Part shown: positions 9,055-17,342 of the stretch, piece after piece
Position numbering within the stretch: the first letter of the stretch is position 1
How the letters are laid out: each line of letters begins with the position of its first letter
NCBI RefSeq assembly: GCF_003428155.1
Contig: NZ_QLIR01000010.1
Span: 41,748 to 73,747, forward strand
Direction: 5' to 3'
Source of the DNA: Fastidiosibacter lacustris
Lineage (GTDB): Bacteria > Pseudomonadota > Gammaproteobacteria > Francisellales > Francisellaceae
DNA length: 32,000 nt
Notes under the pieces: model-generated
The model's input: only the letters and a program-made list of their open reading frames with translations
Databases searched by the model: none
Told to the model about the DNA's origin: nothing
Position numbers and translations under genes: made by a program

Positions 9055-10959
9055 ATGATGTTTTATCCACACACTTTTGATGTCATCGTCGTTGGTGGCG
9101 GACATGCAGGAACGGAAGCTGCTGCTGCTGCTGCTCGTATGGGAGCAACTACTTTATTGCTAACGCATAATATTGAAACACTAGGGCAAATGTCCTGTAA
9201 TCCTGCAATTGGGGGCATTGGGAAAGGACATCTTGTCAAAGAAATCGATGCTTTAGGCGGTATCATGGCTAAAGCAATTGACAAATCTGGTATTCAATTT
9301 CGTACCTTAAATGCCCGTAAAGGTCCTGCTGTGCGTGCAACACGTGCTCAAGCTGATAGAACACTTTATAAGTTAGCCATACGCAACATCCTTGAAAATC
9401 AAAAAAACCTATCCATTTTCCAACAACCTGTTGATGACCTAATCATAGAAAATGATCAAGTGACAGGTGTTGTTACCCAAATGGGATTAAGCTTTCGAGC
9501 CAAAACTGTTATTCTAACTGTTGGTACGTTTTTAGGTGGAAAGATCCATATTGGATTTAATAATTACCAAGGTGGACGCGCTGGTGACCAACCAGCTAAC
9601 GCATTAGCACAAAAATTGCGTGCTTTAACGTTTAATGTTGCGCGTCTTAAAACAGGCACCCCTCCTAGAATTGATAAGCGCACAGTTGATTTTTCTGTTA
9701 TGGCGATTCAAGCTGGAGATGATCCTATTCCATATTTTTCATTTTTTAGTAAAGGTGATGAACACCCCATACAGGTGCCTTGTCATATCACCTACACTAA
9801 CCTTAAAACGCATGACATTATTCTTAAAAACCTAGATCGCTCCGCAATGTATGGTGGAATGATCGATGGGATAGGACCCCGTTATTGCCCTTCTATTGAG
9901 GATAAGGTGGTGCGCTTTGCTGATAAAGATCGACATCAAATCTTTGTTGAGCCAGAAGGCTTAGACAGTATTGAGCTCTATCCAAACGGAATGTCAACGT
10001 CGTTACCATTTGATGTGCAACTTGAGTTTATCCGAAGTATTAAAGGCTTTGAGAACGCTTATATCACGCGTCCAGGTTATGCTATTGAATATGATTTTTT
10101 TGATCCTCGTGGACTCCTACCAAGTTTGGAAACCAAACGTGTTGAAAATTTATTTTTCGCAGGACAAATTAATGGCACAACAGGTTATGAAGAAGCTGCT
10201 GCTCAAGGCGTAATCGCAGGATTAAATGCTGCATTAAAAGTCCAAAAAAAACCAAGCTGGTCACCAAAAAGAAATGATGCCTATATAGGTGTGCTAATTG
10301 ATGATTTAATAACAAAAGGGACACAAGAACCTTATCGCATGTTTACTTCACGTGCCGAGTATCGCTTGGTTTTGCGTGAGGATAATGCAGATGCACGTTT
10401 ATGTCTAAAAGCCATTGAGCTTGGTTTATTAAGTGAAGAAGACAAGCGTAATTTTTTAGCCAAGTTACAAACAATTGAAGTAGAAACTGCACGCTTAAAG
10501 TCGGTATGGATTTCGCCTAAGAGTACTAAAGCAGAAAAACTAGAAGTGTTATTAGGTAAGCCAATGAGTAAAGAAAGTAATTTATTTGACTTATTAAAGC
10601 GTCCTGAACTTGACTATCAAAGTCTTACTAATATTACCGAGTTAGGTGAGTTTATAGATCACACCCAAGCAATTGAGCAAATTGAAATTTCAGCTAAATA
10701 CGCAGGCTATATTGATAGACAAAATGAAGAAATTCTAGTAATGCAAGCACTAGAAAACGCACATATTCCAAAAGATTTCGACTACCAAAAAGTTTCAAGT
10801 CTATCTAATGAAGTCAGGCAAAAGCTAGACAATCAACGCCCATCCACTTTAGGAGAAGCATCTCGTATTCAAGGTATAACGCCAGCCGCAATTTCACTGT
10901 TAACGATTTACATGAAAAAACTTGGTTTCATAAAAAAACAAGACATACCAACTATCTAG
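9055..10959 (+). CDS. mnmG: tRNA uridine 5-carboxymethylaminomethyl modification enzyme MnmG (GidA)
   Basis: 634 aa. FAD motif [15 protein letters not shown], plus [23 protein letters not shown] and [11 protein letters not shown]. Full-length GidA architecture. Confidence 0.95.
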   Translation: MMFYPHTFDVIVVGGGHAGTEAAAAAARMGATTLLLTHNIETLGQMSCNPAIGGIGKGHLVKEIDALGGIMAKAIDKSGIQFRTLNARKGPAVRATRAQADRTLYKLAIRNILENQKNLSIFQQPVDDLIIENDQVTGVVTQMGLSFRAKTVILTVGTFLGGKIHIGFNNYQGGRAGDQPANALAQKLRALTFNVARLKTGTPPRIDKRTVDFSVMAIQAGDDPIPYFSFFSKGDEHPIQVPCHITYTNLKTHDIILKNLDRSAMYGGMIDGIGPRYCPSIEDKVVRFADKDRHQIFVEPEGLDSIELYPNGMSTSLPFDVQLEFIRSIKGFENAYITRPGYAIEYDFFDPRGLLPSLETKRVENLFFAGQINGTTGYEEAAAQGVIAGLNAALKVQKKPSWSPKRNDAYIGVLIDDLITKGTQEPYRMFTSRAEYRLVLREDNADARLCLKAIELGLLSEEDKRNFLAKLQTIEVETARLKSVWISPKSTKAEKLEVLLGKPMSKESNLFDLLKRPELDYQSLTNITELGEFIDHTQAIEQIEISAKYAGYIDRQNEEILVMQALENAHIPKDFDYQKVSSLSNEVRQKLDNQRPSTLGEASRIQGITPAAISLLTIYMKKLGFIKKQDIPTI

Positions 10960-10968
10960 GGAGAAACA

Positions 10969-11388
10969 ATGATCTGGCAAAACATAAAACTCAGTATCAA
11001 AAGTATTCTTGTTGCCAGTATGATTTTACTTATTATAGGCTGTGCTACAACTGCAAAATACAGGGCCATTTTAGATCAATGGCATGAACAGTCTATTGAT
11101 GATTTTGTTCACATGTGGGGTTATCCAAATAATACACTTAAACTTGAGGATAATAAGACAGCTTATGTCTATAGTGACAAACAAATTGTCAGTACCCCTC
11201 TTAACCAAATGCCAACAAATATTACAACTGTTCAAAATGGAAATAATACAACCATAATTTCAACACCTGGTGCGATTATTGGAGGTCAAACCTATTCCTT
11301 ATCCTGTACAACGTGGATTGTATTTGATAACAAAACAAAAAAAATTGTCAATACAACCTTTCGAGGTAATAACTGTATTGCTTATTAA
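10969..11388 (+). CDS. Hypothetical lipoprotein
   Basis: 139 aa. Signal peptide with lipobox LLIIG|C (MIWQNIKLSIKSILVASMILLIIGCATT). Asn/Thr-rich mature part with two C-terminal Cys. No family recognised. Confidence 0.6.
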   Translation: MIWQNIKLSIKSILVASMILLIIGCATTAKYRAILDQWHEQSIDDFVHMWGYPNNTLKLEDNKTAYVYSDKQIVSTPLNQMPTNITTVQNGNNTTIISTPGAIIGGQTYSLSCTTWIVFDNKTKKIVNTTFRGNNCIAY

Positions 11389-11666
11389 TTCTATCTTTAA
11401 TTTTTAAATAAAATTTAAACGCTTTAATTTCATCCTAATTTTAAAGGCTACAAAATGGATTGCCAAAATAAGAAAACATCGACTTATTAATTTCATTAAA
11501 GCTAAAATATAGAATTAATTACCATTTTTTATGATAAATATGTTTTTAGCATGGAAATACTGCAACTTTTTAAATATAATCGGCTTTAAAGTGATCATTA
11601 AGCATTTATGAAATTGCTTTGTGATTTTTTGGGAGAACCATTAATAAACGGTGATGAGAGAGAAAA

Positions 11667-12452
11667 ATGAAAGAAGACAATGTTATTTTATTAGTTAGTA
11701 CAAATCAAGATGATATAATAGCGCTAGAAAATTTACTTCAACGTTATTTGTTCCAAACAATAGCATGCTCATCGGGCGCTAATGCCCTAGAAATCTTGAG
11801 CACTCACAAAAATATTAAACTTGTTATATTGGACGTCTTATTACCAGATATGTATGGTATCGAAGTTTGCAAAAACATTCGTGAACGCAATCCTAATATG
11901 GCTATTATTTTTGTTTCAAAAATAACAGATGCTACAGAAGTTGTTTTATGCTTTGAAGCAGGAGCTGATGACTATATTGAAACTCCTTATAATCAGCATA
12001 TACTTATGGCACGCATTAAATCAAAACTCCGTGACCGCAATACACATCATACACCTTATGCAATCACTGGTTCTGTCAAAATTGATGAGCTTAACATTAA
12101 TGATTATATGCAAATTCAATTTGGTAAATGGGCTTACTATCCGCGTAAATCTTTGGTAACCCATCCAGATCAAGATGAAATTTACTTAACTGATAAAGAA
12201 GGTGCTCTGCTTAAGTTATTACTTTCTGATCCAAGCAAAACTTTTATGCGCGAAGAAATTGCCAAATATTTGAACCTTAACATAAAAGAAAGCATGATAC
12301 GTGATGTTAATATCCACGTTCATCGTTTACGTAATAAACTGACTCAAGGACACAACTCAAGCTCACCGATTAAGGCTGTGCGTTCTCAAGGTTATACACT
12401 TGATTCTTATTTAACTTATATCTATGACGGCAAAGAGGTTTCCTGCTTATAA
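11667..12452 (+). CDS. Atypical OmpR/PhoB-class response regulator (degenerate receiver + winged-helix DNA-binding domain); orphan
   Basis: 261 aa. REC-like N-terminus with the phospho-acceptor context KLVILDVLLPDMYG and FVSK. The conserved Lys is replaced (GADDYIETPY versus consensus DDYLTKPF) and the acidic pair is displaced (LLVSTNQDD). The C-terminal wHTH is LTDKEGALLKLLL....FMREEI....DVNIHVHRLRNKL....KAVRSQGYTL. GAGAGAG lies upstream of the ATG. Confidence 0.8.
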   Translation: MKEDNVILLVSTNQDDIIALENLLQRYLFQTIACSSGANALEILSTHKNIKLVILDVLLPDMYGIEVCKNIRERNPNMAIIFVSKITDATEVVLCFEAGADDYIETPYNQHILMARIKSKLRDRNTHHTPYAITGSVKIDELNINDYMQIQFGKWAYYPRKSLVTHPDQDEIYLTDKEGALLKLLLSDPSKTFMREEIAKYLNLNIKESMIRDVNIHVHRLRNKLTQGHNSSSPIKAVRSQGYTLDSYLTYIYDGKEVSCL

Positions 12453-12514
12453 TCTTTGGTTTTTTTAATGAGGGAGCTCTGTCTTCGTGTACAGAGTAGC
12501 TTAACATATGACTG

Positions 12515-12523
12515 TGTTATAAT
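12515..12523 (+). promoter_or_regulatory. Perfect extended -10 element (TGTTATAAT) in a convergent intergenic region
   Basis: TG-T-TATAAT read directly at 12515-12523. No good -35 and no annotated downstream gene. Chance occurrence in AT-rich DNA is plausible. Confidence 0.2.
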
Positions 12524-12802
12524 TTATAGTTGTAACGTATTTGTCACATATTTTATAAAATGTACAAACTATCAAATCAGAAATGAACTTGCTGTGGAAA
12601 TTGGTTATTGTAAAAAAAGTCATTTAAACAATAACGTATCTGCCGCCCTGTCCAATCCTTTACTCGCACTCAGACACGTTTTTAAGTACGCCCCTATTCA
12701 ATTAAAAGCACTTGAATTTTAACGTATAGACAACCTGTTTTTATTGAGCAAGAAAACTAGAGAACGAGATAAAATAAGACTAATCCCATCGTGGTGATTC
12801 TC

Positions 12803-14986
12803 TTAAAACCCACTTTCTTTGACCCATAAAATAAGGATTTGTTGCCATAAACTTGCAGCTAAAGACTTTCTTGCAATATTAATAAAGACTTTACCTCGAA
12901 TGACGTGGGACAAATTATATTGAGGTGAAGCCGTTGGCTTTAATAATAAAAGGAAAATGCTTTCCTGAGGAGTCAGTTTTCCTTCATTGTCAGGCTTTAC
13001 TGCAATGCTACCACCAAAGATTGAAGCGTGATATGTGCTAAGAGGAACTGCTTTATGAATATAGCTAAGGTTAGCCTTATTTTGATTTTGTGACAGTAAT
13101 AGACTTGCATGGGAGCTTATGATTTGCGTAATAATCACAGGAGTTTTAGTAAAATCGATGTTTTCAGGTACGAAATATCCGCTTTGATTATTGGTGAGTT
13201 TATCGTATTTTTTGGTATCGATATAAGCATGAAGTTGAATTTGATCTTTATTGACAAGCATCATTAGTGCTTGTTTGGCTTTTAGCCATGCTCCAATTTG
13301 TAAATCTTCAGATAATGACTCTACAACCCCATCGAATGGTGCATAAAAGTACAATTTTTCCTGTTCTTTTTGTAATTGATTAAGCTCTGTTTGAGTTTGA
13401 CTGATTTGAGTCATAAGAACTTGTTGTTGTTCAAGCTGAGTTTGAAAATGGACGATATTACGTTGTTGCCACTTAAGTTGTATAAGCTTTTGTTTAGTTT
13501 GTACAATTTTAAAATTTAACTTATCAGATTCTAGAACTGCTAAAAGCTCACCTTTCTTGATTGTTTGTCCTTTTTTAACGTATATATTGACGACTTTTGC
13601 ACCTATCTCAGTGTAGAGGGTTTGTGTTTGATATGACATGGTAGCAGGTAAGGAAATTTGGCTTTGCCAAGGGGTGAAAAAAATCAATATGAGTAACAAT
13701 AGGATAGAAGTTAAAATAATAGTATGCTTATTAAGTTTAATTCTGCTTTTAATGGTCCACCAAACCTTTAATTCACGATAAATAGGATGTAAGATAAAAT
13801 AAATGATTTCAATTGCAAAAAGGATAATCCCTAGTGCTTTAAAAAATAGGTGATAAACCATTAAAGCAATACCAAAAAATAGAAAAAAACGATAAATCCA
13901 ATTTAGAATTGCATAAGTGATGAGGATGTGTTGCCTAGAGATATTAAAATATTCTGGCATCGGTGCATTTAGTCCAAAGAGTATTTCTCTGATTTTCCAT
14001 CTTGTTAGAGCAAAACTTCTGGTTTGAAGGTTTCGCATACTCAAAATATCAGATAGAACATGATAGCCATCAAACCTTAAAAAAGGACTGATATTGATCA
14101 AATAGGTTGTCATTAAGCTATATGTTGCAAGAAAGAAACAGATACTTTTAAGTGCGCCTTCTGGAAATAGAAGCCATGCCCACAAAGCAAAAATAGCTAT
14201 ATAAGTTTCTGTAATAACGCCAGCTAGTGCAATCGTAATACGTTCTTTCGGGTCGTTGACTTTCCAGCTTTCCCCTGTGTCAGTGTAAAGCATAGGGAAC
14301 ATAACAAGAAAGGCAACTCCCATTACAGGCACGTTAAGAGCAAATTTTTTACACATTAAAGCATGACCTAGTTCATGGCAGCTTTTGGCAAAAATTAACG
14401 CAATGGCATAAAGTAAAATATATTCAATTGAAAATAAAGCAAAAAAAGTATTGGTAAACTGATCCCATTCGCGCAAAGTAAAGATAAGTGCAAATATTCC
14501 AAGAAATGTCATGATAAAAGCAAACGTTTTACCAAGCATAAAGCGAAAATAAGGATAGATTCTATCTAAAAACTTATTAGGTTTAACAAGTGGAACTCGA
14601 AAGAATAAATAATTTTTAACAAGCCATAAAAACCAGTTACTCTTTTTAAGAGATTGAATTTTATTGATACTTTTTAATATGGGGTAGTTTTGCTCAATTA
14701 GGCAGTTTTGTGATAAAAACTTAAGCATTTGACTTAAATCTTCTTCAGAAATTTGTGCTAAGGATTTACTTTTTATATCTTTAATAAACTCAGCAGGTGG
14801 GACGCTTTGCCAATAGTGTAAAATTTCATGTTCTTTCCAACCTAAATGAAAAAAGCGATTATTTAATGTGTCTTGAACAATCCAAGTTGGGCTGTTATTA
14901 AAATCCATACCTCCTTTCTCTAAGGTAACTCCTAAGCGAAGGGGTGGAAGTATTTCTGGTAGTTCTGTCATATTTTGCATTTGCAT
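12803..14986 (-). CDS. Fusion protein: PqqD/RRE-like N-terminal domain + site-2 protease (peptidase M50) membrane core + C-terminal HlyD-type membrane-fusion (periplasmic adaptor) domain
   Basis: Residue numbers follow the 732-aa track ORF. HELGH is at residues 209-213 (nt 14363-14377, verified as CAT GAA CTA GGT CAT). The second S2P motif NISPFLRFDG is at 303-312. About 8-9 TM helices. After the last TM comes a lipoyl-like/coiled-coil adaptor pattern (EIGAKVVNIYVKKGQTIKKGELLAVLES...coiled coil...YFYAPFDGVV). The track start at 15001 is TTG; I prefer the ATG at 14986, which lies 4 nt after the upstream stop and behind GGGTGG. Confidence 0.85.
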   Translation of the reverse strand: MQMQNMTELPEILPPLRLGVTLEKGGMDFNNSPTWIVQDTLNNRFFHLGWKEHEILHYWQSVPPAEFIKDIKSKSLAQISEEDLSQMLKFLSQNCLIEQNYPILKSINKIQSLKKSNWFLWLVKNYLFFRVPLVKPNKFLDRIYPYFRFMLGKTFAFIMTFLGIFALIFTLREWDQFTNTFFALFSIEYILLYAIALIFAKSCHELGHALMCKKFALNVPVMGVAFLVMFPMLYTDTGESWKVNDPKERITIALAGVITETYIAIFALWAWLLFPEGALKSICFFLATYSLMTTYLINISPFLRFDGYHVLSDILSMRNLQTRSFALTRWKIREILFGLNAPMPEYFNISRQHILITYAILNWIYRFFLFFGIALMVYHLFFKALGIILFAIEIIYFILHPIYRELKVWWTIKSRIKLNKHTIILTSILLLLILIFFTPWQSQISLPATMSYQTQTLYTEIGAKVVNIYVKKGQTIKKGELLAVLESDKLNFKIVQTKQKLIQLKWQQRNIVHFQTQLEQQQVLMTQISQTQTELNQLQKEQEKLYFYAPFDGVVESLSEDLQIGAWLKAKQALMMLVNKDQIQLHAYIDTKKYDKLTNNQSGYFVPENIDFTKTPVIITQIISSHASLLLSQNQNKANLSYIHKAVPLSTYHASIFGGSIAVKPDNEGKLTPQESIFLLLLKPTASPQYNLSHVIRGKVFINIARKSLAASLWQQILILWVKESGF

Positions 14987-14990
14987 AGTG

Positions 14991-16331
14991 TTACCACCCA
15001 AAGAATTGTCTTAGCGTTGTGATCGGTTTTCTAAATAAGTAATAGAATAAACTTACATTTTCCCCCATCAACTTGGCGGTTCCTTGACTACCAATTTTAG
15101 GAAGTGATTGATTGGAATCAAGGTAAGCAATGACTTGATAAGCAAGCACTTGAGAAGGTGTAATAGTAGCTTCGAAACTTGAATATTCAATTATGCCATA
15201 AACAGGGTTAAGTGGATCAGCATTTAAAAATAGCTTAACTTTATCACCCTTTTGAAAGTTAATTGCATCAGATACAGGTAACCAAATTTCGATTTCGATT
15301 TGATTAGGAATAGCAACTTGCATAACGTTTTCACCCGTGACAACTGGTTTACCAATCCATTGATTGGGAGTGTCAATAATAGCGATACCATCTATTGTGC
15401 TTCTTACATAAGATTCTTCAATCAAATGACGCGTATAATTAACCTCTAATGCTTTTTCTTGCATTTGAGCTTGTAAAACTTGAATTTCAGCACGTTTTTC
15501 TATGTCCTGGTAACTACTTTGAACAGCTGTTTTGTATTTTGCTGTTGCAGTGGCAAGTTCTTTTTGAGCAAGCTCATTAGCATTGACTAAATCACGCTTA
15601 TCCATATCAAACAAAATTTCGCCTCTACGCACATATTGCTCAGGCATGACAGCAATATTTTCAATTACGCCTTCCATTGGTACAGTAATAATTGCAGGAT
15701 CCTTGGCAATAATAGAAGCAGGTGCTAAAACGCTTTGTGGTACACGAATGAACATAGCACTCAGAATGATAACAATGAACAACCAAACAAGGCGTCTTCG
15801 TTTGCTTTTGAAGTAATATTTAATTCTGCCCAACAAGCCATTTGGTTTGCTTAAGTGTGACCATGCTTGATTGTATGAAAGAGAAATCCAATCGAATTGT
15901 TTTAGTTCATTTTCATTTAACATATCTGGGTTTAATAGAATGACCCCACCAATAATATCTTTATTAAGGTTGCGAAAGAAATAGATATGAGCATACTTTG
16001 CAAGTGGTTCAAGCCATCTTGTTGCAACAGCTTCTGCTACATCATCAATATTTAGAATCAGTAGATCTTTACTTTGATCATAATGGGTAATAATTTTGCT
16101 AATAAATTGATTAGCTGAAATTTGATAAGGACTGGTACCGTTGAGTTGGGTGATACCTGAGACACTCAAAATTTTTATGTTTTTATTTTGCCAAGAACTC
16201 CACACAATAGCACGTTGATATTCAGCAACAAGTTTGGTTTGGTGCGCGATAAAAAAAGCAAGTTCATTTAAAGTGTGGATTTCACGCATTTCTTGTTGTA
16301 AAGAGAGTAAATTAGCTAATACATCTTTCAT
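14991..16331 (-). CDS. HlyD-family membrane-fusion protein with an N-terminal cytoplasmic GAF-like domain
   Basis: 446 aa. About 165 N-terminal soluble residues end in a GAF-like tail (IIGGVILLNPDMLNENELKQFDWISLSYNQAWSHL). One TM (LVWLFIVIILSAMFI). Then an adaptor pattern (VPMEGVIENIAVMPEQYVRRGEILFDMD..coiled coil..VRSTIDGIAI). The ATG lies 2 nt after the upstream stop, with GAGGG as SD. Confidence 0.8.
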   Translation of the reverse strand: MKDVLANLLSLQQEMREIHTLNELAFFIAHQTKLVAEYQRAIVWSSWQNKNIKILSVSGITQLNGTSPYQISANQFISKIITHYDQSKDLLILNIDDVAEAVATRWLEPLAKYAHIYFFRNLNKDIIGGVILLNPDMLNENELKQFDWISLSYNQAWSHLSKPNGLLGRIKYYFKSKRRRLVWLFIVIILSAMFIRVPQSVLAPASIIAKDPAIITVPMEGVIENIAVMPEQYVRRGEILFDMDKRDLVNANELAQKELATATAKYKTAVQSSYQDIEKRAEIQVLQAQMQEKALEVNYTRHLIEESYVRSTIDGIAIIDTPNQWIGKPVVTGENVMQVAIPNQIEIEIWLPVSDAINFQKGDKVKLFLNADPLNPVYGIIEYSSFEATITPSQVLAYQVIAYLDSNQSLPKIGSQGTAKLMGENVSLFYYLFRKPITTLRQFFGW

Positions 16332-16333
16332 TT

Positions 16334-17131
16334 TTAACCCTCTTTTCTATCAGTCACTTTATTTATTTTAAAATGAGCAATTCCACTCATACCTGAGAAA
16401 AGCATATCCGTGTTGAGAGTGGATGATTCATCATTTTTAACAAGTTTGCCATAAACTAAAATTGATTGGCTTGCTGGATCTATTTGACTAACAATTTTAA
16501 TAACTTGACCAGTAAGTTTTATATTAGGTAGCTCCTCTAACATTAAACTAAAGTTCGTCCCAATATGAATTTTGCTTAACCATGAAGACGGTATGTACAT
16601 TTTGACTTCAAGCTCTCGATTATCAACGATTTCAAGCAATGGATCATCTGTTTTAACCATTTCATTTTCTTGAGCGGATTGATGAACGACTTCACCGTTA
16701 TAAGGTGCAATAATTTGGCATTGACGTTGCTGGAATAAAATGATATCGAGGTCGGCTTTAGCAATCTCAGACTGACTTTTTGCTTTTGCCAAATCCATTT
16801 TACTGGCTGAGTTTAGACGCATAAGTTCAGTTGTACTTTGTAATAAAGCATCAGCCGCCTCAAGCTCAGCGCGAGCACGTAGCATTTTGAGGTCAATTTC
16901 TTCACAATCAAATTGTAAAAGTACCTCTCCTTTTTTAAAGACATCTCCTGGTCGAAAATAAATTTTTTGAATAGTCCCTGTCATTGGACTAGAAAGAGAA
17001 GCTTTGTTAATTGGGAAAACAGAGGCATATGTGCTTTGTTCGCCGGCATCGGTAAGTTGTTGAAAAGGGGTTATGCCATAAGAAAAACTAAGCAACATAA
17101 ACAAGGAGATAAATAAACTGCATGATTTCAT
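16334..17131 (-). CDS. Exported HlyD-type membrane-fusion / biotin-lipoyl-like adaptor protein
   Basis: 265 aa. N-terminal signal or anchor MKSCSLFISLFMLLSFSYG. SPMTGTIQKIYFRPGDVFKKGEVLLQFD, then a coiled-coil hairpin, then IIAPYNGEVV, the canonical MFP order. Good SD (AGGAAG) 8 nt upstream. Confidence 0.8.
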   Translation of the reverse strand: MKSCSLFISLFMLLSFSYGITPFQQLTDAGEQSTYASVFPINKASLSSPMTGTIQKIYFRPGDVFKKGEVLLQFDCEEIDLKMLRARAELEAADALLQSTTELMRLNSASKMDLAKAKSQSEIAKADLDIILFQQRQCQIIAPYNGEVVHQSAQENEMVKTDDPLLEIVDNRELEVKMYIPSSWLSKIHIGTNFSLMLEELPNIKLTGQVIKIVSQIDPASQSILVYGKLVKNDESSTLNTDMLFSGMSGIAHFKINKVTDRKEG

Positions 17132-17175
17132 AATCGTGACTTCCTTTTATTTGAGGCAGTTTTAATATGATTATT

Positions 17176-17204
17176 AGTTTAGATCAGCGTTTTTATTTGT
17201 ACAA
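17176..17204 (-). promoter_or_regulatory. Candidate sigma70 promoter for the three-gene adaptor/protease operon
   Basis: The minus strand reads TTGTAC-17 nt-TAAACT about 45 nt upstream of the 17131 start. The -35 sits inside a palindrome, TTGTACAA. Sequence match only. Confidence 0.2.
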
Positions 17205-17342
17205 TAGAAAATAACTTTTTGTTATGTAAGTATTTAGCGATAATCATACATATAGGCGCATATTTAATACGTTTTTCTCTTAAGATGGAGTATGCTAGTA
17301 TGAGTTCTAACAAATGTCGATAATGCAAAATAAGGATAAATA

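Noticed and set aside
9063-9071. Perfect DnaA box TTATCCACA at the start of mnmG (gidA), a gene classically adjacent to oriC. A second perfect box (TGTGGATAA) lies at 83-91.
   Set aside because: These are isolated single boxes inside coding sequence, 9 kb apart. The trkA-mnmG spacer is only 184 bp. I saw no cluster of boxes, no AT-rich 13-mer array and no GATC clustering there. There is no evidence for an origin.
12456-12722. 88-aa track ORF in the convergent spacer between the atypical regulator and the protease fusion.
   Set aside because: It has a TTG start and no SD for either the TTG or the internal ATG. It has no recognisable family and odd composition, and a 40-codon ORF lies antisense to it. 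I did not call it as a CDS and kept it only as a low-probability substrate candidate in the findings.
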